Below, piece by piece: positions 16,584-26,236 of a stretch of 64,000 nucleotides of DNA; position 1 is the first letter of the stretch, and each line of letters begins with the position of its first letter. The stretch is from Clostridia bacterium (lineage in GTDB: Bacteria; Bacillota; Clostridia; UMGS1883; UMGS1540), in contig JAZSIR010000001.1 in NCBI GenBank assembly GCA_045533905.1, positions 1-64,000 on the forward strand, written 5' to 3'. The position numbers were made by a program, and so were the translations under genes. Below the pieces are notes generated by a model. It saw nothing but the letters and a program-made list of their open reading frames with translations, did no database searches and had not been told where the DNA came from.

Positions 16584-17675
16584 ATGAGTCTTGTAGAAAT
16601 AAAAAATCTTACCAAGCGTTTCGGAGATAATCTTATTTGGGAGAATGTCAACGAATCTATCGAAAAAGGCGATGTGATAGTTATTGTCGGTAACTCGGGT
16701 TGCGGAAAGACAACTTTCCTTCGGTGTATCAATATGCTTGAAACACCTTCATCCGGTCAGATTTTCATTGATGGTGATGAAATAACTGCAGTCGGTGCTG
16801 ATATTGATAAAATTCGCAGTAAAATGGGTATGGTGTATCAGAATTTCAATTTGTTCTCACATCTTACTGTACTTGAAAACATTATTAAGGCACCAATGGT
16901 GGTTAATAAGATTCCCAAGGAGCAGGCAATCAAGGAAGGTATGGAATATCTTCGTATGGTAGGTATGCAAGAGAAAGCAGATTTTATGCCCGATCAGCTT
17001 TCGGGCGGACAGAAACAGCGTGTGGCAATTGCCCGTTGTCTTGCTATGAAGCCTGAAATCATTCTGTTTGACGAACCGACAAGCGCACTTGATCCTACAA
17101 TGGTGGATGAGGTTCTTGCGGTTATTAGAAATCTTGCTAAGAGTGGGTTCACTTGTGTAATTGTAACCCACGAAATGGCATTTGCTAAAAGTGTGGCAAG
17201 TAAAATCATCTTCTTTGCTGACAGAGGAATTTATGAGGAGGCACCGCCTGTTGAGTTTTTTGAGCATCCCAAAAGAGAAAAAACAGTTGCCTTTGTTCGC
17301 AAACTCAAGACCTATACCTACGAGTCTGAGGTTTGCAATATCGATCTTTATACACTTTTAGTTCAGGTCAACAATTATTGTAGTAAATATGCATTTCCGC
17401 TTAAATCTGCAAACCGTTTTCAATTAGTAGTGGAAGAACTTTTAACCTGTTTGCAAAGTATTGGCGGAGATGGCGAGATGAACTTGACTGTGGCGTATGA
17501 AGATACCACAGGCAAAAAAGAAATTATTTTGCGCGAAAAAGTGTGTAAGGGAAATATACTTGATGCGGAGCAGATGGACGAACTGAGTCTGATGCTTATT
17601 AAGAACTGTGCATCCGATATTAAGCACTGCGTTGAAAACGGATATAATGTATTAACAATTGAAATAAAAGAATAG
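16584..17675 (+). CDS. GlnQ-type ABC ATPase with C-terminal RsbW-like extension, copy 2
   Basis: GNSGCGKT, LSGGQKQR, LFDEPTSALDP; tail FQLVVEELLT...ENGYNVLTIEIK. Confidence 0.88.
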   Translation: MSLVEIKNLTKRFGDNLIWENVNESIEKGDVIVIVGNSGCGKTTFLRCINMLETPSSGQIFIDGDEITAVGADIDKIRSKMGMVYQNFNLFSHLTVLENIIKAPMVVNKIPKEQAIKEGMEYLRMVGMQEKADFMPDQLSGGQKQRVAIARCLAMKPEIILFDEPTSALDPTMVDEVLAVIRNLAKSGFTCVIVTHEMAFAKSVASKIIFFADRGIYEEAPPVEFFEHPKREKTVAFVRKLKTYTYESEVCNIDLYTLLVQVNNYCSKYAFPLKSANRFQLVVEELLTCLQSIGGDGEMNLTVAYEDTTGKKEIILREKVCKGNILDAEQMDELSLMLIKNCASDIKHCVENGYNVLTIEIKE

Positions 17676-17698
17676 AATTTTCGGCAAGTGAGGTTTTT

Positions 17699-19387
17699 AT
17701 GAAACGATTGTTGTATGGCGGTACGGTTGTTAATGTGTTCACAGGCGAGCTTGAGCAAACGAACGTGCTGATAGAAAAAGATAAAATTGTAGGTGTTGGT
17801 GCATATTCTCCCGATGATGCGGATATGACCGAGGATATTACAGGAAAGTACATATGCCCCGGATTTATTGACGGTCATATTCACATTGAAAGCACGATGT
17901 TGACACCCTCAGAGCTTGCAAGACTGTGTATGCCTCACGGAACTACCGCAATCGTTGCCGATCCTCACGAGATTGCCAATGTATGCGGTATGGATGGCAT
18001 CAAATATATGATGGAAGCAAGTAGCGGTATCCCTCTCTCGGTTTATTTTACATTGCCTTCCTGCGTTCCCGCAACACCGTTTGATGAATCGGGTGCGGTG
18101 CTTGAGGCGGACGATATCAGACCACTGTACGAAAACAAGCGAGTTGTAGGACTTGCCGAAATGATGAACTATCCCGGAGTTCTCCTTGGAACGAGCGATG
18201 TGTATAACAAAATCGGTGATGCAATAGAACACGGAAAAGTCATTGATGGCCACGCCCCCTTCTTGTCAGGAAAAGAACTTGATAAATACATTTGTGCAGG
18301 TATTACGAGTGACCACGAGTGCTCGGATGTGGGTGAAGCGATAGAAAAAATCAGAAAAGGTCAATGGGTGATGATTCGCCAAGGAACGGCTGCTCGTAAC
18401 CTTGCAGAGCTATTGCCATTGTTTGATGATGCTTATAGCCATAGATGCGTTCTTGTCACCGATGACCGTCATCCCGCAGACCTTATAAGAGACGGACATA
18501 TTGATAATATCATCCGTCTTGCCGCCCGAGGCGGGAAATCAGTTATTACGGCAATTAAAATGGCTACGATACAGGCAGCTCAGTGCTTCGGTTTGCGATT
18601 CGTTGGGGCTGTTGCTCCCGGTTACCGTGCAGATCTTCTTGTACTAAACGACCTTAATGCAGTTGATATTGAAGACGTTTATTCAAAGGGAGAAAAGGTT
18701 GTAGAGCGAGGGCAAATGAAAGCGTTTGACCGTCCCAAAATTGACGGGGGGTTGTGCGAAACAGTACATAACTCGTTCCATACAAAAGAATTGACGATTG
18801 CTGATTTTCACATTGAAGAAAATAGCAACAAATGTCGAGTGATAGAGATTATTCCCGGTCAGCTTCTCACGGGGGAACAAGTGTGTGAGATTGATTGGAG
18901 CAAGAGGAACGGCATTGACACCACGAGAGACATTCTTAAACTCGCGGTTATTGAAAGACACAAAAACACAGGTCATATTGGACTTGGCTTTATTAAGGGT
19001 ATTGGAATAAAAAATGGTGCTATTGCATCCTCCGTATCTCACGATTCACACAATATTATTGTGATTGGCTCAAATGACGAGAATATGGTGATTGCCGCAA
19101 ATAACATCCGTAAGAATGGTGGTAATGTAGTTGTTTCTGCCGGAAAGATTATTGCCGACATGGCATTGCCGATAGCAGGTCTTATGACCAATCTTTCAGG
19201 CGAGGAAATTGCCCTTGCCAATGAAAATGTACGCAAAGCCGTGTATGAGCTTGGCGTGTCGAGGAATATCGAACCTTTTATGAATATGGCGTTTGTGAGT
19301 CTGCCTGTAATTCCGTCACTCAAAATGACGACGCAGGGGCTTGTGAACGTAGATAAACAAGAAAGAATATCGCTTTACTGCGATTAA
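17699..19387 (+). CDS. ade: Adenine deaminase
   Basis: PGFIDGHIHIES, DPHEIANV, LAEMMN, DGHAP, SDHEC, TDDRH, HDSHN. Confidence 0.95.
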   Translation: MKRLLYGGTVVNVFTGELEQTNVLIEKDKIVGVGAYSPDDADMTEDITGKYICPGFIDGHIHIESTMLTPSELARLCMPHGTTAIVADPHEIANVCGMDGIKYMMEASSGIPLSVYFTLPSCVPATPFDESGAVLEADDIRPLYENKRVVGLAEMMNYPGVLLGTSDVYNKIGDAIEHGKVIDGHAPFLSGKELDKYICAGITSDHECSDVGEAIEKIRKGQWVMIRQGTAARNLAELLPLFDDAYSHRCVLVTDDRHPADLIRDGHIDNIIRLAARGGKSVITAIKMATIQAAQCFGLRFVGAVAPGYRADLLVLNDLNAVDIEDVYSKGEKVVERGQMKAFDRPKIDGGLCETVHNSFHTKELTIADFHIEENSNKCRVIEIIPGQLLTGEQVCEIDWSKRNGIDTTRDILKLAVIERHKNTGHIGLGFIKGIGIKNGAIASSVSHDSHNIIVIGSNDENMVIAANNIRKNGGNVVVSAGKIIADMALPIAGLMTNLSGEEIALANENVRKAVYELGVSRNIEPFMNMAFVSLPVIPSLKMTTQGLVNVDKQERISLYCD

Positions 19388-19420
19388 AAATAATAATAAT
19401 TTAGAAAGAGGTAATTTATA

Positions 19421-19717
19421 ATGACTATCGAAAAGAACTTAAGCGGTACAGAACTTAATGTAAAGGTGTCAGGCAGACTTGACACAACAACCGCACCGGA
19501 ACTTGAAGCAGAAGTTATGGGCGCAATCTCAGGTGTAACAAAACTTGTACTTAACTTTGAAGCACTTGAGTACCTTTCATCTGCAGGACTCAGAGTACTG
19601 CTTCAGGTACAAAAGATAATGAACAAGCAGGGTGAGATGATTATTAAGAACGTAAACGAAACAATCAATGAGATTTTTGAAGTAACAGGATTCATTGATA
19701 TTCTGACGATTGAATAA
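19421..19717 (+). CDS. STAS anti-anti-sigma-type protein, copy 2
   Basis: Close paralogue of 14001-14297; YLSSAGLR. Confidence 0.92.
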   Translation: MTIEKNLSGTELNVKVSGRLDTTTAPELEAEVMGAISGVTKLVLNFEALEYLSSAGLRVLLQVQKIMNKQGEMIIKNVNETINEIFEVTGFIDILTIE

Positions 19718-19760
19718 GGTGAACTCCAATGAACCAAACAAGTATTGGAGGGATATACCT

Positions 19761-21611
19761 ATGAAACCAAAAAAGCAAACAAGCATTTCCTACAACTTCC
19801 TAAAATGGCTCTTATTCTTGATGCTCGTCGCCTTTATTGCCACAACCGTGTTCCTGTGGGTATTCCAAACACGACTCGCAAACAACAATGCCGACAATCT
19901 CTTGCGGTTGAACATCACTGATGTCAAGGCAGACATAAAAGACGCCACCAACGACCATATGCTTGAGATCGTTCGCAACATATCGGCAGAGCTTGACGAT
20001 ATAGATGCAGATACCGCATCAGAAGAAGAAATGAGTGCACGAATTGCGGAAATGCTCACACGGTACGATGTAACGGAGATTGATATTATCAACAGTAAAG
20101 GTATCATCGTGGCGTGTAATATCGAATCTTTCGTCGGCTTCGATATGGCATCGGGCGAGCAATCCAAAGAGTTCTTGGTGTTGCTCGAAGGCGAAAAGGA
20201 AATGGTGCAGGAATTTCAAGCTCAGTCCTATGACAGCTCCATTGAGCGTAAGTATGCAGGCGCATCGCTTACAAACGGCGGTCTTGTGCAGATTGGTTAT
20301 GACTACGCGCATTTGCAGGCGAGCGTTGACCACGAGGTTGTTTCGCTCACCCGTAACCGTCACGTGGGCAACAACGGACGAGTTCTGATTGTTGACCAAG
20401 ATAAAAACATTGTCAGCAATGTCAAAGGAATTGACCGTAAAAAACTTGATTTAGAAGCGTTCGGAATAAAACCCGGCTCTGTTCAATCAGGACAACGTGT
20501 TACCGCAAACGTAGAGGGTGTTGATTTCTACTGTATGGCAGAAATGGCCGAAGGCTACTACATTATATCCGCAATACCGGTTAAAGAAGTAACCATCACA
20601 CGAAATATGGTTGTCATTATGGCAGTTGCGGTTGAAATGCTGATATTTATTGCCCTGACGCTTCTTGTCTATCTTTTGATAAAGAAACAGATCGTCGTCA
20701 GCGTGAACCGTATCAACCATTCGCTATCGGAGATCACAAACGGAAACCTTGATGTTACGATGGACGTGCGTAACAATTTGGAATTTGACTCACTTTCCAA
20801 CGACATCAACGCAACGGTAGATACTTTGAAGCGGTACATCAAGGATGCAGAAGAACGCATCGACGCAGAGCTTGCCTTTGCAAAAGCCATTCAGCACTCG
20901 GCGTTGCCGTCTGTATTCCCGCCTTATCCGAATAGAAAAGAGTTCGAGATCTTCGCCACGATGCACACGGCAAAAGAGGTTGGCGGTGATTTCTACGATT
21001 TCTATTTTGTAGACGAAGATAACCTTGCGTTCTTGATAGCAGACGTATCCGGCAAGGGTGTCCCTGCGGCAATGTTTATGATGCAATCCAAGACCATCAT
21101 CAAGAGCTGTGCCGAGTCGGGCATGAGCGTTGAGCAGGTATTCACCGTTGCCAACGAAAAGCTCTGCGAGGGCAATGATGCAGGTATGTTCGTTACCGCC
21201 TGGATGGGTATTCTGAATACCAAAACCGGCAAGGTACTCTTTGCCAATGCCGGACATAACCCGCCTCTTGTCAAACACGCAGACGGTACATACGAATATC
21301 TCAAATCCCGTGCAGGTTTTGTGCTTGCAGGTATGGAGGGTGTTCGCTACCGCAAGAATGAAGTTGAGCTTGCACCCGGTGATGCGATTTATCTCTACAC
21401 CGACGGTGTTACCGAAGCAACCGATCTGAACACCGAGCTTTACGGAGAAGATCGTCTGCATATCGTTCTTGAAAAATACAAAGATGCAGCACCGCAAGTG
21501 ATCTGTGATGAAGTCAAAAAGGATGTAGACGCCTTCGTCGGGGAAGCTCCGCAGTTTGATGACATTACAATGCTTGCGCTGAAATACTACGGGAAGGAGG
21601 ATGCACAATGA
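19761..21611 (+). CDS. Membrane sensor PP2C (SpoIIE/RsbU-type) phosphatase with HAMP domain
   Basis: Two TM segments flanking an extracellular domain, HAMP, VGGDFYD, ADVSGKG, NAGHNPP, YTDGVTEA, DDIT; GGAGG RBS before ATG 19761. Confidence 0.92.
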   Translation: MKPKKQTSISYNFLKWLLFLMLVAFIATTVFLWVFQTRLANNNADNLLRLNITDVKADIKDATNDHMLEIVRNISAELDDIDADTASEEEMSARIAEMLTRYDVTEIDIINSKGIIVACNIESFVGFDMASGEQSKEFLVLLEGEKEMVQEFQAQSYDSSIERKYAGASLTNGGLVQIGYDYAHLQASVDHEVVSLTRNRHVGNNGRVLIVDQDKNIVSNVKGIDRKKLDLEAFGIKPGSVQSGQRVTANVEGVDFYCMAEMAEGYYIISAIPVKEVTITRNMVVIMAVAVEMLIFIALTLLVYLLIKKQIVVSVNRINHSLSEITNGNLDVTMDVRNNLEFDSLSNDINATVDTLKRYIKDAEERIDAELAFAKAIQHSALPSVFPPYPNRKEFEIFATMHTAKEVGGDFYDFYFVDEDNLAFLIADVSGKGVPAAMFMMQSKTIIKSCAESGMSVEQVFTVANEKLCEGNDAGMFVTAWMGILNTKTGKVLFANAGHNPPLVKHADGTYEYLKSRAGFVLAGMEGVRYRKNEVELAPGDAIYLYTDGVTEATDLNTELYGEDRLHIVLEKYKDAAPQVICDEVKKDVDAFVGEAPQFDDITMLALKYYGKEDAQ

Positions 21612-22018
21612 AAGAACTAACCATTGCCGCAACAGTAGAAAACATTGAAACTGTAACGGACTTCGTAAACGAACAGCTTGAAGCGTTTGATTGCCCTATG
21701 AAAGCACAGATGCAGATCGACATTGCCATCGACGAGCTTTTCGGCAACATTGCGCACTATGCGTACAATCCCGATGTAGGAGAAGCGACCGTTCGCGTGG
21801 AGGTTACCGAAGATCCTCTTGCCGTGGTAATCACCTTTATTGATAACGGCGTACCTTACGATCCTCTTGCAAAAGCCGAGCCCGACACAACGCTTTCCGC
21901 AGAGGAAAGAGACATCGGTGGTCTTGGCATCTATATGGTGAAGAAGTCTATGGACGACATTGCCTATGAATACAAAGACGGACACAACATTTTGAAAATC
22001 AAGAAGAATTTGAATTAA
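21608..22018 (+). CDS. RsbW/SpoIIAB-type serine kinase (anti-sigma-factor family)
   Basis: AIDELFGNIAHYAY N-box, DNGVPYDP, GGLGIYMV. Confidence 0.92.
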   Translation: MKELTIAATVENIETVTDFVNEQLEAFDCPMKAQMQIDIAIDELFGNIAHYAYNPDVGEATVRVEVTEDPLAVVITFIDNGVPYDPLAKAEPDTTLSAEERDIGGLGIYMVKKSMDDIAYEYKDGHNILKIKKNLN

Positions 22019-22031
22019 AGGATTATTGCAA

Positions 22032-24218
22032 ATGAAGAACTTAAACAAAAAACTTTTGACCTTCGGTATAGTTTTGTGTATGCTTCTCTCGTGTTTTTCG
22101 GGAGTGGTATTTGCAAAGGATATCGAAACAATCGTTATTCTTTATGAAAACGATGTTCATTGTGCAGTAGAGGGTTATTCTAAACTTGCAGCAATGAAAA
22201 ATGAATTATCAGAAGATTATGAATATGTAGGCGTTGTATCCTCCGGCGACTTTGTTCAGGGCGGAACTCTTGGTGCAGTTTCTCGTGGTGAATACATAGT
22301 AAGCCTTATGAACCTTGTGGGATATGATGCCGTAACACTTGGTAATCACGAATTTGATTATAAGCTCCCACGCCTTGATGAACTTGCAGAATTGATGAAC
22401 ACCGAACCTATCTCTTGTAACTTTCAAAAGATAGGTGAAACTGAATCATATTTTGAGCCGTATTCCATCGTAACCTACGGTGATGTGGATATAGCATATA
22501 TCGGTATCACAACACCATCTACATTGTCCTCATCGTCACCTGCACAGTTTAAGGGTGAAAATGGTGAGTATATTTACACATTCAATGTAGATACCCTTTA
22601 CGATGTGGTACAGGCAAGTATTGATTCTGCAAAGGAAGATGGTGCTGATTACATAATCGCCCTTTCTCATATTGGATATGAAGAAGATGAGCAGTATGAG
22701 GATGTTGTTGACTTAATTGAAAACACATACGGATTTGATGTTGTTCTTGATGCTCATTCTCACTCTGTTATTGAAAATATGAAGCTGACCGATGAGGGCG
22801 GAAATGAGGTTGTTCTTACCTCAACAGGCACAAAGTTTGAAAATATCGGCAAGCTTACAATTTCAGGCGGTGAGATAACAACAGAGCTTATAGAAACTGA
22901 GAACTACACAAACACAGATACAACCGTTGATGCAAAACTTGCGGAAATAAACGAAGCATATTCTGCTCTCGGTAATCGCAAGATTGGTGAAAGCGAAATA
23001 GAGCTTATCACGAACGATGCGGACGGAAACCGCCTTGTTAGGACAACAGAAACCAATCTCGGCAATTTGTGTGCAGATGCAATTAAAACAGTAACGAAAG
23101 CTGATATTGCCTATGTAAACGGCGGCGGAATCCGTGCACCGATTGAAATTGGCGAAGTATCGTTCAATGACATTTTTAGTGTTTTTCCATTTAACAATCA
23201 GATTGTTGTAGCAGAAATGACAGGTCAGAAAATACGCGATATGCTTGAAATGTCACTTATGAATTATCCGGCAGAAGATGGCTCTTTCCCTCATGTTGCA
23301 GGACTAACATTTTCGGTTAATAAATCCATTCCAACATCTGTTAAAACAGACGAAAACACAGTTTTTACAGGCGTTGACGGTGAGTATAGAGTTTATGATA
23401 TTAAAGTATTAAATGAAGACACAGGCGAATACGAGCCTATTAAACTCGACGGAACATACTCCTTTGCAAGCTTCAACTACTTTGTTTTAGACCAAGGCGG
23501 CGGTATGAGTATGTTTGACGGTGTAAAAATATTAAAGAATGACGGAATGCTTGATGTTGAAGCGTTAGAAACATACATCACAGAAAACCTTGGCGGTGTT
23601 ATCGGCGAAGAATATGCAGAGGTAGATAACAGAATCAACTTTACAGACGGTGAAGATGCACTTAATAAGTTCACCGATTTGTCCGATGATGCTTGGTATA
23701 GTGATTCTGCAAAGTATGTTTTGGAAAACGGTCTTATGAAAGGCGTAACAGATACCACCTTTGCACCAAACGAAAACTTAACAAGAGCAATGCTTGTTAC
23801 AGTTCTTTACCGTGCAGAAAATGAACCTGCCACAAACCGCAGCATTCCTTTCTCTGATGTTGATACGGGTGCTTACTATGCAAGTGCAGTTTCTTGGGCA
23901 AAGCAGAACGGTATTGTAAACGGTGTAACAGAAACAGAATTTGCACCGAATGACAATATCACCCGTGAACAGATTGCGGCAATTATGCACAGATACGCAC
24001 AGTACAAGGGTTATGATGTCAGCGTAGGAGAAAACACAAATATTCTTTCCTATGACGATTTTGACAGCATTTCCGAGTATGCAATAGCTTCTATGCAGTA
24101 CGCTTGCGGCAGCGGCTTGATTAAGGGTAAATCAGAAAGCACCCCCAATCCGCTTGATAATGCTACAAGAGCAGAAATAGCAGCAATACTTCACAGATTT
24201 ATTGAAGTGAATAAGTAA
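22032..24218 (+). CDS. Secreted 5'-nucleotidase/metallophosphoesterase with C-terminal SLH domains
   Basis: Signal peptide, NDVH, GD, GNHEFD, SH.G, AHSH, ETNLGNL.AD, NGGGIRA, PFNN; three SLH repeats (LTRAM, ITREQ, ATRAE). Confidence 0.9.
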   Translation: MKNLNKKLLTFGIVLCMLLSCFSGVVFAKDIETIVILYENDVHCAVEGYSKLAAMKNELSEDYEYVGVVSSGDFVQGGTLGAVSRGEYIVSLMNLVGYDAVTLGNHEFDYKLPRLDELAELMNTEPISCNFQKIGETESYFEPYSIVTYGDVDIAYIGITTPSTLSSSSPAQFKGENGEYIYTFNVDTLYDVVQASIDSAKEDGADYIIALSHIGYEEDEQYEDVVDLIENTYGFDVVLDAHSHSVIENMKLTDEGGNEVVLTSTGTKFENIGKLTISGGEITTELIETENYTNTDTTVDAKLAEINEAYSALGNRKIGESEIELITNDADGNRLVRTTETNLGNLCADAIKTVTKADIAYVNGGGIRAPIEIGEVSFNDIFSVFPFNNQIVVAEMTGQKIRDMLEMSLMNYPAEDGSFPHVAGLTFSVNKSIPTSVKTDENTVFTGVDGEYRVYDIKVLNEDTGEYEPIKLDGTYSFASFNYFVLDQGGGMSMFDGVKILKNDGMLDVEALETYITENLGGVIGEEYAEVDNRINFTDGEDALNKFTDLSDDAWYSDSAKYVLENGLMKGVTDTTFAPNENLTRAMLVTVLYRAENEPATNRSIPFSDVDTGAYYASAVSWAKQNGIVNGVTETEFAPNDNITREQIAAIMHRYAQYKGYDVSVGENTNILSYDDFDSISEYAIASMQYACGSGLIKGKSESTPNPLDNATRAEIAAILHRFIEVNK

Positions 24219-24235
24219 ATAGCAAAATGGCACTA

Positions 24236-24264
24236 AGGAGTGAGTCGAAAGGCTCACTCCTTTT
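24236..24264 (+). terminator. Intrinsic terminator ending the transporter/partner-switch operon
   Basis: AAGGAGTGAG-TCGAAAGG-CTCACTCCTT-TT. Confidence 0.8.
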
Positions 24265-24400
24265 ACATACCCTCATATTAAAATATGGTCCACATTAATC
24301 AAAGAAAAGGACTTTGAAAAAACTTCGTAGACTTATGTCATCTTCTGTGGTATGTTTGTGTTGCCGAAAAGGTAAATACAAATTTAGGAGATGAAATTTT

Positions 24401-24955
24401 ATGAAGAAAAAAGTATTATGTACGGCATTGGCAGTGACTATGTTGCTAACAACAACTGCATCGGCAACTGCAAAACCTTGGTGGCTCAGTAAATACCGAG
24501 TAACTTTCGACAATGAACTTGGAATCGTAGGAAATGTAACCTTAACCTTCGCCTCAGACGGCGGTAGCTTTATCAGGCCAATAACCAAAAGATATGGCGA
24601 GAGCATCAGTCTTGAAAGTTATGTACCAACAAAATACGGTTACACATTCAAAGGATGGTTCACAGATCCAAGAACAAAGCAAAATCAGGTAACAACATTC
24701 AAATTCACAAAGCCTGATGTGCTTTACGCTAAGTGGCAGCCTAACCCACAGGAGCCTATAAATCCGAATGACGAAATCATAGCAAAAGATACCTGCTACC
24801 TCACGGACGAAGAAACAAAAATACGAAATGAAATTATAGAAGAAAAGAATAAGACATACATCGAAGGCTTCGGTTATGTAGCTCCAAGTAAAACAAAAAC
24901 AATCATCGTAGACTCAGGCGGTGATATAAATAAAATGGTCGGCACAATGGAATAA
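24401..24955 (+). CDS. Secreted protein with InlB B-repeat (Flg_new) domain
   Basis: Signal peptide; LTFASDGGS, PTKYGYTFKGWF, LYAKW. Confidence 0.7.
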   Translation: MKKKVLCTALAVTMLLTTTASATAKPWWLSKYRVTFDNELGIVGNVTLTFASDGGSFIRPITKRYGESISLESYVPTKYGYTFKGWFTDPRTKQNQVTTFKFTKPDVLYAKWQPNPQEPINPNDEIIAKDTCYLTDEETKIRNEIIEEKNKTYIEGFGYVAPSKTKTIIVDSGGDINKMVGTME

Positions 24956-24971
24956 AAAGAATAACTTAAAT

Positions 24972-25011
24972 GGCGGTATGCTCGAGATTACCTCGAACAT
25001 ACCGCCGTTTT
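24972..25011. terminator. Bidirectional terminator between convergent genes
   Basis: GGCGGTATG.TCGAG...CTCGA.CATACCGCC stem. Confidence 0.7.
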
Positions 25012-25016
25012 GTATC

Positions 25017-26102
25017 TTATATTTCTTTCAGTAGCCTGATGGCTTCATCAAGTGAAATTTCTCCGGACTCGCCACGATCTTTAATATCCATAGCCAATGT
25101 ACTCTGTTCAAGCCACTTGGAATAATCCAATCCGCTTGATTTTCGCTTAGCCAATCGATCGTAAGTTCTGTCATATTCTTTTTTTATTGGAGACCTGAAT
25201 TCATCTGAGTTTTCTTTTTTGTGAGCACCTACCTTGCTGCATGTCCTGCCTTTCGGATCGTTAGGAGCCACTCTGTTGCAATAGTGGGTATCATGACCTG
25301 TTGGCAAAAGAAAAAAACGTTTGCAATTATGACATCTTTTCGGTGAGTGTTTAACATTTAATCCTCTGAACAGGTCTGAATTTAAAAAGCCGCCAATAGA
25401 CCTGAAAATGACTCTTTCTGCCAATATATAATTTTCTTTGCAATCAGGATCAGGACAAGTGACATATTCAATATTTGCCGGCATTTCTGCTTTAAATGTA
25501 ATTGCAGGATATTTCGGGATAAGAGATTCAAGATTTTGCTGTAATTCGCTATTATTCAGAAACTGATATATTGCGTGTGCAAAATGTGCAGGGGTTCTTG
25601 CAGTAACATTTTCTATATATAAATCAACAAATGCAGATGCATATATTTTAAAAATCAGTATTTCATCATTGATTGATAACAAGCCTACTAAAATTCTGTT
25701 TAATATGCTTCTGCTCTCGCTTTTGGGATGGGTTTCATATATTTCCCTGAACTCCGATATATATCTTCTTTTATCAAATTCAAAGCGGTCATATAAAGGC
25801 AGGCTAAGGATAACATCTAATGCCTTGCTTAGATATGGAGCAAAGCCATCAAAACTGCATGATGATATAATCATTAAATTTGATTCGTATTCCCCATATA
25901 GTTTTTCTAGAAACGCTTTCCTTAAATTTGATAATACTGTTTTCAAATTATCAAGCTGTTCGTCAGATAGCTCCAGAATTTCAGTTGAAATCTGACCAAG
26001 CGAGACCTTTTCTTTTCCGATAATGACATAATCTTTATAAAATTGTGCCGTTATATATCCAAAATCAAATGGTTTTTCATCTAAACTTTTTATACTTGCC
26101 AT
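25017..26102 (-). CDS. DUF6076-like protein with C-terminal zinc-ribbon (putative element regulator)
   Basis: KRCHNCKRFF...YCNR...TCSKVGA Cys cluster; typical position opposite recombinase cassettes. Confidence 0.6.
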   Translation of the reverse strand: MASIKSLDEKPFDFGYITAQFYKDYVIIGKEKVSLGQISTEILELSDEQLDNLKTVLSNLRKAFLEKLYGEYESNLMIISSCSFDGFAPYLSKALDVILSLPLYDRFEFDKRRYISEFREIYETHPKSESRSILNRILVGLLSINDEILIFKIYASAFVDLYIENVTARTPAHFAHAIYQFLNNSELQQNLESLIPKYPAITFKAEMPANIEYVTCPDPDCKENYILAERVIFRSIGGFLNSDLFRGLNVKHSPKRCHNCKRFFLLPTGHDTHYCNRVAPNDPKGRTCSKVGAHKKENSDEFRSPIKKEYDRTYDRLAKRKSSGLDYSKWLEQSTLAMDIKDRGESGEISLDEAIRLLKEI

Positions 26103-26165
26103 ATACTCACTTCCACGATACATATTTTATAATTCCACTACTTTTGAAAATGGCGGCAAAATCGA

Positions 26166-26236
26166 TTGACGCACATCTTGCGATATGTTAGAATAGCCAC
26201 ACAACAAATTATACACGATACAAATAAAAATGTCAA
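26166..26236. promoter_or_regulatory. Overlapping divergent sigma-A promoters
   Basis: Plus TTGACG-17-TAGAAT (26166-26194); minus TTGACA-17-TATAAT (26236-26208). Confidence 0.65.

Noticed and set aside
15180-17700. Purine riboswitch upstream of deoD or ade
   Set aside because: Intergenic gaps are only a few to ~25 nt, leaving no room for an aptamer
20790-21632. 280-aa minus ORF over the PP2C gene
   Set aside because: Antisense to a conserved phosphatase domain
3010-24300. Integron-like cassette array using further CACATAAT...ATTATGTG sites
   Set aside because: Only two full sites were found by eye, in inverted orientation; other partial matches (e.g. ~15831, ~46861) lie inside genes and lack the second arm
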